This document shows positions 1 through 9,453 of a DNA stretch of 64,000 bases, piece after piece (position 1 is the first letter of the stretch; every line of letters starts with the position of its first letter). The stretch lies in IMG/VR virus record IMGVR_UViG_3300045988_154248; one strand, given 5' to 3'. The stretch comes from a virus. The notes beneath the pieces are model-generated. The model searched no databases. It was not told the origin of the DNA and saw nothing but the letters and a program-made list of their open reading frames with translations. A program made the translations under genes and the position numbers.

Positions 1-1
1 A

Positions 2-610
2 TATGTTCTTTATAATACGAAAAATCCATTTTTAGAACTTAAAAATAATGAAAAGAAAACTTTTGATAATTACGAAGTCATCTATAAAGATGTTTTACAG
101 ATGATATATGACGATCCTGACAAAATTTTATCAGAAAATTTAAAAGAAAAAGTTAGAAAAAATTTGAATGAAAAGGGAATTCATGAAACGCCTGAGACAA
201 AACAAAAAAAGAAACATAGTCATTCAAAAAGCAGAGAATATATTGGTGTTGATACGGAAAATGGAACATATGAATATAACAATAAAACATATCCACTGTG
301 TCCTGGTGAAAAATATAGTTTTACGAGTTTGACTGAATCACTTTGTGATAATGGAATTCTACTTTCAAGAGAAGAACATGATTATTTGTTATTCAAAAAG
401 ACATTGGTGTACGAAAATCTATTAAATGTGGATAACAGCAATAGGTTTTTTGCCAGGGAATCTTCTTTAACTGACGGATATTTAGAATTAAAGCATTTTA
501 AAACATGCAATTCTGATTTATATAGATATCAAATAACAGAAAAAGGTAAAGATAGAATTTTAGAAATTATCAATCAGTATGGAAAAGATTACTTTAAAAG
601 ACAAGATTAG
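2..610 (+). CDS. hypothetical protein, 5' end cut by window edge
   Basis: Frame is open from nt 2 to TAG 608-610, so track ORF 101-610 is only the part after the first Met. No recognisable motif. Directly abuts the helicase-fragment ORF. Confidence 0.4.
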   Translation, partial: YVLYNTKNPFLELKNNEKKTFDNYEVIYKDVLQMIYDDPDKILSENLKEKVRKNLNEKGIHETPETKQKKKHSHSKSREYIGVDTENGTYEYNNKTYPLCPGEKYSFTSLTESLCDNGILLSREEHDYLLFKKTLVYENLLNVDNSNRFFARESSLTDGYLELKHFKTCNSDLYRYQITEKGKDRILEIINQYGKDYFKRQD

Positions 611-612
611 CA

Positions 613-885
613 ATGGAGAATAATGATAAAGTACATCTCTCAACAATTCATAGAGCAAAAGGGTTGGAATATCCAATCGTGTTCATTGTTGGATTGAATG
701 ATGGACTGCTCCCACATGCAAAAAGTGACAATCTCGATGATGAACGCAGGTTATTATATGTCGGAATTACAAGAGCAGAGAATGAATTATATCTCTCTTC
801 TACTGCATCATACAATGATAATCTTATGACTCCTAGCCCGTTCATTGATGAACTTGGAGATAGCGTTAAAAAGATGAAGTGTTAA
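613..885 (+). CDS. SF1 (UvrD/PcrA/Rep-type) helicase C-terminal fragment
   Basis: [29 protein letters not shown]...[19 protein letters not shown] matches SF1 motif VI and the C-terminal block. Only 90 aa; the ATG lies 2 nt after the upstream stop. Confidence 0.6.
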   Translation: MENNDKVHLSTIHRAKGLEYPIVFIVGLNDGLLPHAKSDNLDDERRLLYVGITRAENELYLSSTASYNDNLMTPSPFIDELGDSVKKMKC

Positions 886-989
886 TGAATGTTTAGAGAA
901 TATAAAATTAGGAACTATTAATCATCCCTATAGTCAAGGAGTGATAAAAATGTATTTAAAAATTATGAAAATCAAAGGAGATACTAATT

Positions 990-1235
990 ATGAAAGAGAA
1001 CACAAGATTTTGCACCAGAAGTTTAAGAGATAATACAAGATTTGGAGGAGTAATTCAGTTTACAGAACTTTCTCCATATCCGAATTCTACTACCCTATCA
1101 CATGGATCGCACTTCGCAGAAAAGATTATTGCAGACAGAAAGTTTGATGAACAGTGTCATCGAAATATTATTCAAACACAAAAATTAAAAGCAAAACAGT
1201 CCACAGTAAAGGAAGTGGATGAGTTTGTTTACTAA
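990..1235 (+). CDS. hypothetical protein
   Basis: 81-aa ORF with an upstream AAAGGAG-like RBS; no motif recognised. Confidence 0.3.
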   Translation: MKENTRFCTRSLRDNTRFGGVIQFTELSPYPNSTTLSHGSHFAEKIIADRKFDEQCHRNIIQTQKLKAKQSTVKEVDEFVY

Positions 1236-1659
1236 AACTGATCGTAGATATTTATCTAAAGCGAGACAGGCTGCAGATATTTCTGATTATAAAAACGTAC
1301 ATATCGGTTGTGTGGCAGTATACAAAGGAAATATTGTTGGTATTGGTTGTAATACTAATAAAACTCATCCAGTACAGAAATATTATAACAAATATAGAAA
1401 TACTGACGTTGATCAGGAAACACTTCTTCCTAAAATACATGCGGAAATTAGCTGTATCAATTCCATCCGACATCTGGATATAGATTTTTCCAAAGTAAAA
1501 TTATATATATATCGAAAACGAAATGATAAACCTTATGGTATGTCTAGGCCATGTCCGTCATGTATGGCTGCCATCAAGGATTTAGGCATAAAACACATTT
1601 ATTATACTACAAATGAAGGCTTTGCTTATGAATGTGTAACACAGGAGGATTTAGTATGA
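1219..1659 (+). CDS. dCMP/cytidine deaminase-family zinc enzyme
   Basis: HAE (IHAEISCI) and PCPSC zinc-ligand motifs with the spacing typical of deoxycytidylate deaminases. Confidence 0.7.
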   Translation: MSLFTKTDRRYLSKARQAADISDYKNVHIGCVAVYKGNIVGIGCNTNKTHPVQKYYNKYRNTDVDQETLLPKIHAEISCINSIRHLDIDFSKVKLYIYRKRNDKPYGMSRPCPSCMAAIKDLGIKHIYYTTNEGFAYECVTQEDLV

Positions 1660-2060
1660 ATATTAATACAAATATTATAGATTTTGTATGGAATTTTAAA
1701 AATTTTAAACTTAATGATTTTGGATTAGATCCTGAATATAACATGTTATGTGCGCCAGTTTGTGAATGCGGATGTGGTGAGAAGATGAATGTTTTACTTG
1801 AAAGTGATGATGACATCTATGATTTTTGTTATGAGCTTGTAGATACTCAAGATTGCAATTATTGTGTTGCTTTTGCAATCAATGAAAAGAATGAAATGCT
1901 TGGTGCAATTAAATATGATGGTGAAATTCATTGTATTAAATTGAAAAACATTTCTGAAGACTATCTTCAAGTTGGTGGCATGTTTAATGATTTAGAGCTA
2001 CATCAGTATGGAATTATTGTCTGTGTTGGCGATGGAGAATATAAGATTTTGGAGGAATAA
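1656..2060 (+). CDS. hypothetical protein
   Basis: ATG 1656 follows GGAGG (1643-1647) and overlaps the upstream stop. The track ORF's earlier start at 1632 is less likely. Confidence 0.4.
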   Translation: MNINTNIIDFVWNFKNFKLNDFGLDPEYNMLCAPVCECGCGEKMNVLLESDDDIYDFCYELVDTQDCNYCVAFAINEKNEMLGAIKYDGEIHCIKLKNISEDYLQVGGMFNDLELHQYGIIVCVGDGEYKILEE

Positions 2061-2067
2061 AAAATAT

Positions 2068-4581
2068 ATGGCAGGTATTAATGTACCTCAGTATGAGATT
2101 TTTAAAATTGGAACAGATAAATTAAAATATTCTAAATGGAATTTGAATATTGATAAAAAAGAAGCATTTAAATACCAAGAATCTGTTTCATTATTTGAAG
2201 GTCAGCAATTTCGAATTATGGCAAAGAAAATCATGAAGAAAGCAAAATGGAAATGTGATTTTTCGAAACTTTTTATGCAAGTCGTTATTGATCAGAAAAC
2301 AGATTTTGCAAGAGCGACAAACAGAAAAGGTGTTACTGTAAATGGTATAAATTATAGACGTTTTGTTGGAACAACAGGTGGTTTGAAGAATAATACTCTT
2401 CTATTTTGTAATTCGGAATACATAGATAAACTAAATGAATTATGTGAGTGTAGGCGAAACAAAGAAGTGCCATTAGTTCCAGCAAAATATGAAGCATATA
2501 AAGCGTTAACTTGCTCTGCATCGCAGCCAATTTGCGAACCACATGGAATTTTAGTTGTAAAAGATTGCATTACTCAATACGAAGATGATGTAATTTCTCT
2601 CGATAGTGGAGTTGGAGACGGTGAGCCAATTCGTGAAAAAAAACATAAAGTAATGGAAAATACAGTGTCTGATGGGTTTAATTTATGTACTATTGGATAC
2701 ATGCAAAGAGTTGCTGAATCTCTTGGATTAGATTATACTCCTGCAGGTGTATGTTTGCGAAATGCCTGGTTAAAAGGTATGCTCTATCCTTTCCCAATTA
2801 TAGAGTTTATTGAAAAATATAATGGTGGGAATTATTTTATCAAGGATATTTGGGGTAATGTGCAGGACATTCGAGAGTGTGAAATGATTCTCACGGAATC
2901 TTCATTGAAATTATGGTCGGCATATGAAAGTATTGACGAATATATTGCAGCATATAGAGAGTGTGGATATGAATTTGCAGTTACGAAAATTTCTCCTCAT
3001 ATCTTAGATGAAGAACGTGAATTAAATTATCAATATTTACAGTCTTATGAATTCACTGATGATGATATTAAAGAATTGTGTAATCCTACCATTCAGCATT
3101 TAAAAGATGCGATGTGTGGAAACTACGAATCCACTATTAAATTTCTTGGAATTAATGAAAATACAGACGTGAATTCATGGCAACGTGCATTATATACAAG
3201 CCAATATATGCTTGGCGATCCGTATATTATCGATTCAACTCATAGGTATATTAAGAAGAAAATAAATGATGCAAAAATTGGTAAATTAATTGTAAATGGT
3301 AATTATCAAATTGCTAGTGGTGATCCGTTTGCGTTAATGCAATCAATTTGTGGCCTAGAAATAACTGGCTTATTAAAAGCTGATCAATGCTACTCAAAAT
3401 TCTGGATTGACAAATCTGTAGATTCTGTAGTTATCTTTCGAAGTCCAATGACTTCTCACAATAATATTCGAAAATGCAATGTAATTTCAAATGAAGAGTG
3501 TTTGTATTGGTATCAGTATATGGATACTATTATGATTATCAATGCATGGGATTCTTTTTGTGTGGCGGAAAACGGTTGTGATTGGGATGGCGATCTTTTA
3601 TATTCAACCAATAATAAAGTCTTACTTCGTTGTTTTAGAAAACTATTAGCAATTGAATGTGTTCAAAGAAAAGCCAATAAGATTATTATTAATGAAAAAG
3701 AAGTCAAAAAAACAAATAAAAACGGCATGGGAAATCAGGTTGGACAGATTACAAACCGTGTTACTTCGATGATCGAAGTTTTGTCACGATTTGAAGAGGG
3801 GTCTAATGAATATAATGATTTATTATATCGTATTGAATGTGGACAGCTTCACCAACAGGATGAATTGGATAAAATCAAAGGAATTATTGCAAAGCCAATG
3901 GCAAAATATTGGTATAATCTTGGTGCTTGTAAAGATAATCATTATTTACAATCAATTTGTGCTTATCGAAAACCGTATTTTATGATCTATATTTATGATG
4001 AGATTAAACGTAAGTATAAGAACTATATCAAGGAAAGCGAGATAAAATGCGCTGCATTATATGATTGCAGTATTCAAGATTTATATAGTAAAAAGGATAA
4101 TTTAACTGACGAACAAAAAGATTTTTTATTTTGGTATGAGTATAAAATGCCGGTTGGCATTGGAGCTTGTGCAATGAATAAAATCTGCTGGTATGTTGAA
4201 AGTCAATTAGACGGATATAAATCACAATTACATCATGATTCTACTTTTGATTACAATCGTTTAAAAGTTAAACGTCGATGTACAGAAGAACATCGGAAAG
4301 CTTTACATGATCTTGAACAAGAGTATCGTGAATGTATTAAGGAGTATAAAGCAAACAGGTCTTCCGACAAAGAACAATCAAATAATAACAGAAAATATTT
4401 ATGCGAAAAATTTAGGCAAGCGGCTATTGAACTTTGCCCAAATGATGAAGAGCGCATGAATATTATCCTTGATATCACCTATGGTTATAAGGGAAATCGA
4501 CAGTTTTGTTGGGACTGTATTGGTGACTTGCTTATTAAACGTTTGGAAGAAATGGAGAATGAAAATGTATATACTGAATGA
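2068..4581 (+). CDS. YonO-like / RdRP-like single-subunit two-barrel RNA polymerase (putative)
   Basis: 837 aa from ATG 2068 (GGAGG at 2051-2055). Contains FRSPMTSHNNIRK followed by ENGCDWDGDLLYS, i.e. the DxDGD metal loop of YonO/QDE-1-type polymerases. Size is similar to SPbeta YonO. Confidence 0.5.
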   Translation: MAGINVPQYEIFKIGTDKLKYSKWNLNIDKKEAFKYQESVSLFEGQQFRIMAKKIMKKAKWKCDFSKLFMQVVIDQKTDFARATNRKGVTVNGINYRRFVGTTGGLKNNTLLFCNSEYIDKLNELCECRRNKEVPLVPAKYEAYKALTCSASQPICEPHGILVVKDCITQYEDDVISLDSGVGDGEPIREKKHKVMENTVSDGFNLCTIGYMQRVAESLGLDYTPAGVCLRNAWLKGMLYPFPIIEFIEKYNGGNYFIKDIWGNVQDIRECEMILTESSLKLWSAYESIDEYIAAYRECGYEFAVTKISPHILDEERELNYQYLQSYEFTDDDIKELCNPTIQHLKDAMCGNYESTIKFLGINENTDVNSWQRALYTSQYMLGDPYIIDSTHRYIKKKINDAKIGKLIVNGNYQIASGDPFALMQSICGLEITGLLKADQCYSKFWIDKSVDSVVIFRSPMTSHNNIRKCNVISNEECLYWYQYMDTIMIINAWDSFCVAENGCDWDGDLLYSTNNKVLLRCFRKLLAIECVQRKANKIIINEKEVKKTNKNGMGNQVGQITNRVTSMIEVLSRFEEGSNEYNDLLYRIECGQLHQQDELDKIKGIIAKPMAKYWYNLGACKDNHYLQSICAYRKPYFMIYIYDEIKRKYKNYIKESEIKCAALYDCSIQDLYSKKDNLTDEQKDFLFWYEYKMPVGIGACAMNKICWYVESQLDGYKSQLHHDSTFDYNRLKVKRRCTEEHRKALHDLEQEYRECIKEYKANRSSDKEQSNNNRKYLCEKFRQAAIELCPNDEERMNIILDITYGYKGNRQFCWDCIGDLLIKRLEEMENENVYTE

Positions 4582-5410
4582 GAAGGATTATATTAGATCT
4601 GTTCTGGCTTCAAAAAAGAAGCCAGAAGATCTATCTATTGGCTATTTGATTGTTTTAACAGCAAAATATTATTATATTAACAATGAAAATATAGAAAAAG
4701 AACAGTTAGTTGAAATCGTTACAAATAAGATTTCTGATATGATGATTTATGGCTATCAGGAATATAAATGGATTCGCAAAATTGAGAAAGTATGTGATAT
4801 TTTTTATGATAACGAGAAAGATAAAAAGTCAAATAAAAAGGAAGAAATTAACGAAAAGGACAAACAACTCAGAGAATTAAAATATGTTCCAATTTATCAA
4901 GAAGAAATTGATCTTATTAACTCACTTCCTAATGACAGACAAAAGAAATTTATGTTTACTTTATATGCCGTAGCTCGTTATATGGATTCTGATGGATGGA
5001 TTAATAAAAAGGATCTTAGAGGATTGTCTGAAATTTTTAAATTGGCAAATATTACTCTTACGTCGGATAAAAAAAACGAACTGCTTCATGAGTTATATAA
5101 AAATGGTTATATTTATTTTGGTAAACAAATAGATAACCTGAATATTAGAGTTAATTTAGCTGAATCTGATAATGTGGTATATAAGATAAAAGAATTTTCT
5201 AATTTAGGGAATCAATATATCGGTAACTTTAAAAAAGGATATAGACAATGTGCAAATCCATCATGTGGAAAAAGAGTTAAAATGACTGCACCAAATAGGA
5301 TTTATTGTAGTAAGTGTGCCGAAGAAATTGATCGAGAAAAAGCAAAAGATCGTATGAAGAAATTGAGAAACCATAAAATGTTCGAAGCTGACAGTATGAA
5401 AAATGCCTAA
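4565..5410 (+). CDS. hypothetical protein with C-terminal zinc ribbon
   Basis: ATG 4565 lies 7 nt after GGAG. C-terminus CANPSCGKRV...YCSKCAEE. Overlaps the upstream stop. Confidence 0.4.
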   Translation: MYILNEKDYIRSVLASKKKPEDLSIGYLIVLTAKYYYINNENIEKEQLVEIVTNKISDMMIYGYQEYKWIRKIEKVCDIFYDNEKDKKSNKKEEINEKDKQLRELKYVPIYQEEIDLINSLPNDRQKKFMFTLYAVARYMDSDGWINKKDLRGLSEIFKLANITLTSDKKNELLHELYKNGYIYFGKQIDNLNIRVNLAESDNVVYKIKEFSNLGNQYIGNFKKGYRQCANPSCGKRVKMTAPNRIYCSKCAEEIDREKAKDRMKKLRNHKMFEADSMKNA

Positions 5411-5526
5411 TTTTGTTGGGATTTTTGTTTCTTTTTCAAAAAAAATTGTTTTTCTTTGAAGGGAATAAATAATCATTTTTTATTTCTGACTATACCGGAA
5501 GAAACAAAACCTGTAGTCTATTCAAC

Positions 5527-5552
5527 GGGCGGTTACTCTCTGCCGCCCTTTC
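5527..5552 (+). terminator. weak stem-loop terminator
   Basis: GGGCGG-ttactctct-g-CCGCCC followed by TTTC. Confidence 0.35.
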
Positions 5553-5599
5553 AAAAGGTTAATTCTTTATGTTAATTTCATAATTATCTCCTCTTTCTT

Positions 5600-6590
5600 T
5601 TATGTTTTATTTTTTACTGGCAGATATAATAGTTTGCCAGTATTATCGCGGGATATGCTGGATCGGTTCCACGAGAGATTCATGTTCTCTAAAGCTACGT
5701 TCGACTCGTAGTCCCGCAACTCGTGGCATAGCACAGATAGATGCGTGTGAGCGTATTAAAGGCGAATTTACAACTCGTCGCCATGAAAATTGGTCAATCT
5801 ATGCAAAACTAACATCCCAGGCACTCAAAAAGTGCTGTTTCATACCGGTAAAACGAGTAAGTCCTGTGTGGAAATAGTGTCAGGAAATAGGGAGTAACAA
5901 GGTGATTCAGGGGCAACCGCTGAGAATCATTTTTCTGCGCAACAGAATAGCTCACGCGAACCTATGAAGATATGATGGGGAATTAGGAGGATATATAGTG
6001 CGAGTCCTTATTAGACAAGTGCGATGTCCATTTGGGTAAGTGAATTGGTAGAGATGCCAAATTAGCTTATGCAGGATGCGAGTAGGGATTATAACCGAAA
6101 GCTACGAAGGCGTGATGGATTTTGTTATCCAAAAGATAACGAAACATCTGGTGCAGCGCGTCTTCTGTATTCAATTTCGTTTCTATTAATTAGTATATTC
6201 AGGAAGAATGTAAAAATTGGTTTGATGCAAAAGGTAAACAAATTATAAAGCGAAAGTCTGTACCTCTGTATGGTGTAAGCAGCCAAAATGTGTAATCTCT
6301 TTTGAGGTAATACACACACTGAAAGATACGCAATATCTGGATGTGTTAAGCGGATTCTGCACAGTTCTCTTAGCGGAGATTTATAGCACGGCAGTGTTAA
6401 TGGAACGATGAAACTTGAGTAGTCATACAGCAAAGAAGATAAGCCTCTTCTCAAAAGGCGGTTGTGGAAGATACTATATGTGTGCGCAAGCAACATATAG
6501 TGGATAACCGAAGAAAAAATAATGTCGGTAAAGGTTTCTGAAAATACGTATAATCTCAGCGTATTTATTTTGCTACTTCTGTAGCATTAT
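5600..6590 (+). ncRNA. large structured non-coding region (candidate ROOL/GOLLD-class RNA; strand uncertain)
   Basis: About 1 kb with no credible ORF and visibly more G+C than its flanks. Many local hairpins and GNRA-like loops (e.g. TACTGGCA..TGCCAGTA at 5617-5645, ccGAAAgc). Immediately 5' of a tRNA. Confidence 0.35.
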
Positions 6591-6664
6591 TGCGGTGTAG
6601 CTCAGTTGGTGAGAGCATTCGGCTTATATCCGAACGGTCGTGGGTTCGAGTCCTACCACCCCAA
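6591..6664 (+). tRNA. tRNA-Ile (anticodon TAT)
   Basis: Manual cloverleaf: D arm GCTC/GAGC, anticodon stem TTCGG/CCGAA with loop CTTATAT, T arm GTGGG-TTCGAGT-CCTAC. One C:C mismatch in the acceptor stem. Confidence 0.8.
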
Positions 6665-6705
6665 CTATTTATCTTTGTTGTATACAAAGAAATTTAAAAC
6701 GAAAG

Positions 6706-6894
6706 GTGTGTATTAATATAGTACTCATTACTAAACAAGAGAAAGAATATTTAGTAAAGCATGGAGTTCCTTATGCGGAAGGCGGCGTATCCCATTCGGA
6801 ATCATGTCATAAACGTAAAAAATTCTATTTGTGTGAGACTTCTCATAATATGAGACTACTCGAAAATTATAGAAAAAAATTATATCATCGCTAA
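6706..6894 (+). CDS. hypothetical small protein
   Basis: The listed ORF 6640-6894 starts inside the tRNA. GTG 6706 (or a nearby start) after GAAAGG is more plausible. Confidence 0.3.
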   Translation: MCINIVLITKQEKEYLVKHGVPYAEGGVSHSESCHKRKKFYLCETSHNMRLLENYRKKLYHR

Positions 6895-6927
6895 TGCGAA
6901 ATTTAATGAGAAAGGTGGTTTGGAGCC

Positions 6928-8139
6928 ATCAAAACTAAATTTTATGATACTAACGCTCTTCTATTACTACAGGATAAAATTTTAGAAGACAGTTTTTACA
7001 TTAGTTCTACTACTCTAGAAGAACTAGAAAACATTAAAACAAGTTCTCGAAAAGATGAAGAGACAAAATACAAAGCAAGAAAATTATTACATATTTTAGA
7101 TGAAAATGATGATAAATATAAAGTTGTTATTACCACCAAAGATATTATCTCAATTATAGATGCTTTTGGATTAGAAAACACTCCTGATAATCAGATTTGT
7201 GCATGTGCATATTCTACTCCTGATATTTTATTTATTACAAACGATATTTCTTGTAAAACCATTGCAAAATGGATTTTTGGATTAGATGTTTCCAGTATTT
7301 CTACTATTCAAGAAGATCTATATAAAGGATATAGAGATATTACATTGTCTGAAAATGATATGGCATATTTCTATGAACATTTAAATGAAAATGTTTTCAA
7401 TTTATTAACAAATGAATATGTTATTATTCGAAATGCAGACAATGAAGTTGTAGATAAATTAAAATGGGATGGCGGAATGTATCAGACTATTAGAAATAAA
7501 CCATTTAAATCTAATATGTTTGGTACATTAAAACCATTAGACGACATTCAATCATTCGCTATGGATTCGATTAATACAAATGACATTACCGTATTGTATG
7601 GTAAAGCTGGTAGTGGTAAAACTACTCTTCCGCTTAATTATATCATGCAAGAAATCGAAAAAGGAAAATATAAAAAATGCTATATGGTTTACTCTTATGA
7701 ACCATTAAAAGGAGCAAAAACTCTCGGCTACGAAAAGGGTGATCATGTCACAAAATTGATCTATTCTGCATCTATCGGAAATATTTTAGCATCAAAATTT
7801 GGCGATCTACAGCAAGTTGAATACATGCTTGATCGTGGAATGCTAGATATTATTCCAACTGCAAATATTCGAGGTGTCGAATTTGAATCTGATAGCATCT
7901 GTATGGTTACAGAAAGTCAGAATTTGGATGTTTATACTCTAAAAACAATTATTCAACGTTGTAAATCTGGATGTAAACAAATATATGAGGGTGACATTAT
8001 TGAACAAAAGGATACAAACGTCCAAAATGTTGGTATTAATAGACTGATTGACGTATTCAAAGGACATAAAAGCTTTGGGTGTGTCAAACTTAAAAATAAT
8101 TACAGATCTGAATTGAGCGAATTAGCAGATTTGATGTAA
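6928..8139 (+). CDS. PIN-domain + PhoH-like ATPase (YlaK-like)
   Basis: Walker A GKAGSGKTT lies in track ORF 7345-8139. The same frame is open back to 6910 and encodes a PIN-like N-terminus (IKTKFYDTNALLLL...). No ATG/GTG/TTG is available; ATC 6928 sits 9 nt after AAAGGTGG. Confidence 0.65.
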   Translation: MKTKFYDTNALLLLQDKILEDSFYISSTTLEELENIKTSSRKDEETKYKARKLLHILDENDDKYKVVITTKDIISIIDAFGLENTPDNQICACAYSTPDILFITNDISCKTIAKWIFGLDVSSISTIQEDLYKGYRDITLSENDMAYFYEHLNENVFNLLTNEYVIIRNADNEVVDKLKWDGGMYQTIRNKPFKSNMFGTLKPLDDIQSFAMDSINTNDITVLYGKAGSGKTTLPLNYIMQEIEKGKYKKCYMVYSYEPLKGAKTLGYEKGDHVTKLIYSASIGNILASKFGDLQQVEYMLDRGMLDIIPTANIRGVEFESDSICMVTESQNLDVYTLKTIIQRCKSGCKQIYEGDIIEQKDTNVQNVGINRLIDVFKGHKSFGCVKLKNNYRSELSELADLM

Positions 8140-8157
8140 GAAAGGATTTATATATTA

Positions 8158-8337
8158 GTGATTAAAAAATTTGATAAAGAATACAGTACTCAATACGTAC
8201 CTGAGATGAAATATCTTCAATCAAAAGGTATTGAATATTCTTTTGTAAAAGATATTCAAGGAGTGACGACATATAAATATACGAAGACACCAGAGTTATT
8301 TTTGGCTTTGGTGTCTTTTTATATGGAAAATAAATAA
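8158..8337 (+). CDS. small protein (59 aa), DUF5659-like; paralog of 43110-43286
   Basis: GTG start. Absent from the ORF track because it is under 60 aa. Protein is essentially identical to 43110-43286 (KFDKEYSTQYVPEMKYLQSKGIEYSFVKD...TPELFLALVSFY). Confidence 0.5.
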   Translation: MIKKFDKEYSTQYVPEMKYLQSKGIEYSFVKDIQGVTTYKYTKTPELFLALVSFYMENK

Positions 8338-8373
8338 AAATACGAAAGGATAAATAATAGGTGATAAATAATG
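8164..8373 (+). repeat. 210-bp direct repeat, copy A (1 mismatch to 43113-43322)
   Basis: Read directly. Identity runs through the small ORF, the intergenic RBS and the ATG of the downstream endonuclease gene. Confidence 0.9.
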
Positions 8374-9360
8374 AGCCAAAAAAGAATTTATTCAAAAGAT
8401 GAAACTGAATTAATGCTTGAAATGTACAAAGATGGAGAAACATATTCGGACATAGGGAAAGCTTTACATACTAAAGCACAAAAAGTTTCAAAATATTTAA
8501 AAGAACTGGGGTATGGCGTCAGGCCACATAACCAATTAAAAAATCATGAATATTTATCTGCATCACGAAAAAACTCTTTAAATGAAAATTTCTTTAAAAC
8601 TATTGATACAGAATCAAAGGCCTATTGGCTTGGATTTTTATATGCAGATGGATATATATGTAAAAAGTATGATAAATCGGGGCATGAAAAAGGTGGATCA
8701 GTAGAGTTAACTTTAAAATCAGATGATAAATATCATATTCAAAATTTTTTAAGTGATATACAATCTACTGCGCCGATTGCAGATAGGAAAATAAAATTAA
8801 ATGGTAAAGAATATTTTGCAAACAGAGCTTGTATAACGTCTATTAAAATGGTGAATGATTTAATTAGTCATGGATGCGTAGAAAATAAATCTTTGATTTT
8901 AGAACCACCTACCTCTGTTCCTGATGGTTTAATTTCGCACTTTATACGCGGATACTTTGATGGCGATGGATGTGTATGTTTTTATCCTGAAAACTATTCA
9001 TATACGTATAGTATATTGGGTACTAAAGCATTTCTTGAGTTTGTTGCAACCAAAGCACAATTACCGTCTTTTAATATTATCTCTTTTGAACACAAAAAAT
9101 GTTATGAATTAAGAACTCATTCCAAAAAATCAGCAGAATTATTTCATAATTACATTTATAAAGACAAAACAATTTATCTCGAAAGAAAATATCAAAAATC
9201 TCTTGCGATGATGAAGTGGTGTTTTATGGAAGATAATAGAACTGAAACACAGAAAATAGCAGATTTATTAGACGATATGTTATTTTTTGATGATAGTAAT
9301 ATAGAAAATTTTATAAAGTATGTCAAGAACACCCGTGACTTTAGTCATGGGATGAATTGA
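8371..9360 (+). CDS. LAGLIDADG homing endonuclease with N-terminal HTH
   Basis: Two LAGLIDADG motifs: WLGFLYADGY and IRGYFDGDGC. The last ~15 codons run into the IS left end. Confidence 0.85.
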   Translation: MSQKRIYSKDETELMLEMYKDGETYSDIGKALHTKAQKVSKYLKELGYGVRPHNQLKNHEYLSASRKNSLNENFFKTIDTESKAYWLGFLYADGYICKKYDKSGHEKGGSVELTLKSDDKYHIQNFLSDIQSTAPIADRKIKLNGKEYFANRACITSIKMVNDLISHGCVENKSLILEPPTSVPDGLISHFIRGYFDGDGCVCFYPENYSYTYSILGTKAFLEFVATKAQLPSFNIISFEHKKCYELRTHSKKSAELFHNYIYKDKTIYLERKYQKSLAMMKWCFMEDNRTETQKIADLLDDMLFFDDSNIENFIKYVKNTRDFSHGMN

Positions 9361-9453
9361 CATACATATGTTAAACAGAAATACGCTGTAATATATTGAA
9401 AACACTAGATTTTGTAATATACATATGTTATCATAGTCATGAGGTGATAATAT

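Noticed and set aside
5602-6496. Track ORFs 5602-5877 (+) and 6125-6496 (-) as protein-coding genes
   Set aside because: They have no RBS, atypical composition (Arg/Cys/Leu-rich, G+C-rich codons), lie on opposite strands and sit inside a hairpin-dense block. Treated as non-coding.
6640-6705. 5' part of track ORF 6640-6894
   Set aside because: The listed start lies inside the T arm of tRNA-Ile. Only the portion from about 6706 can be a gene, if any.
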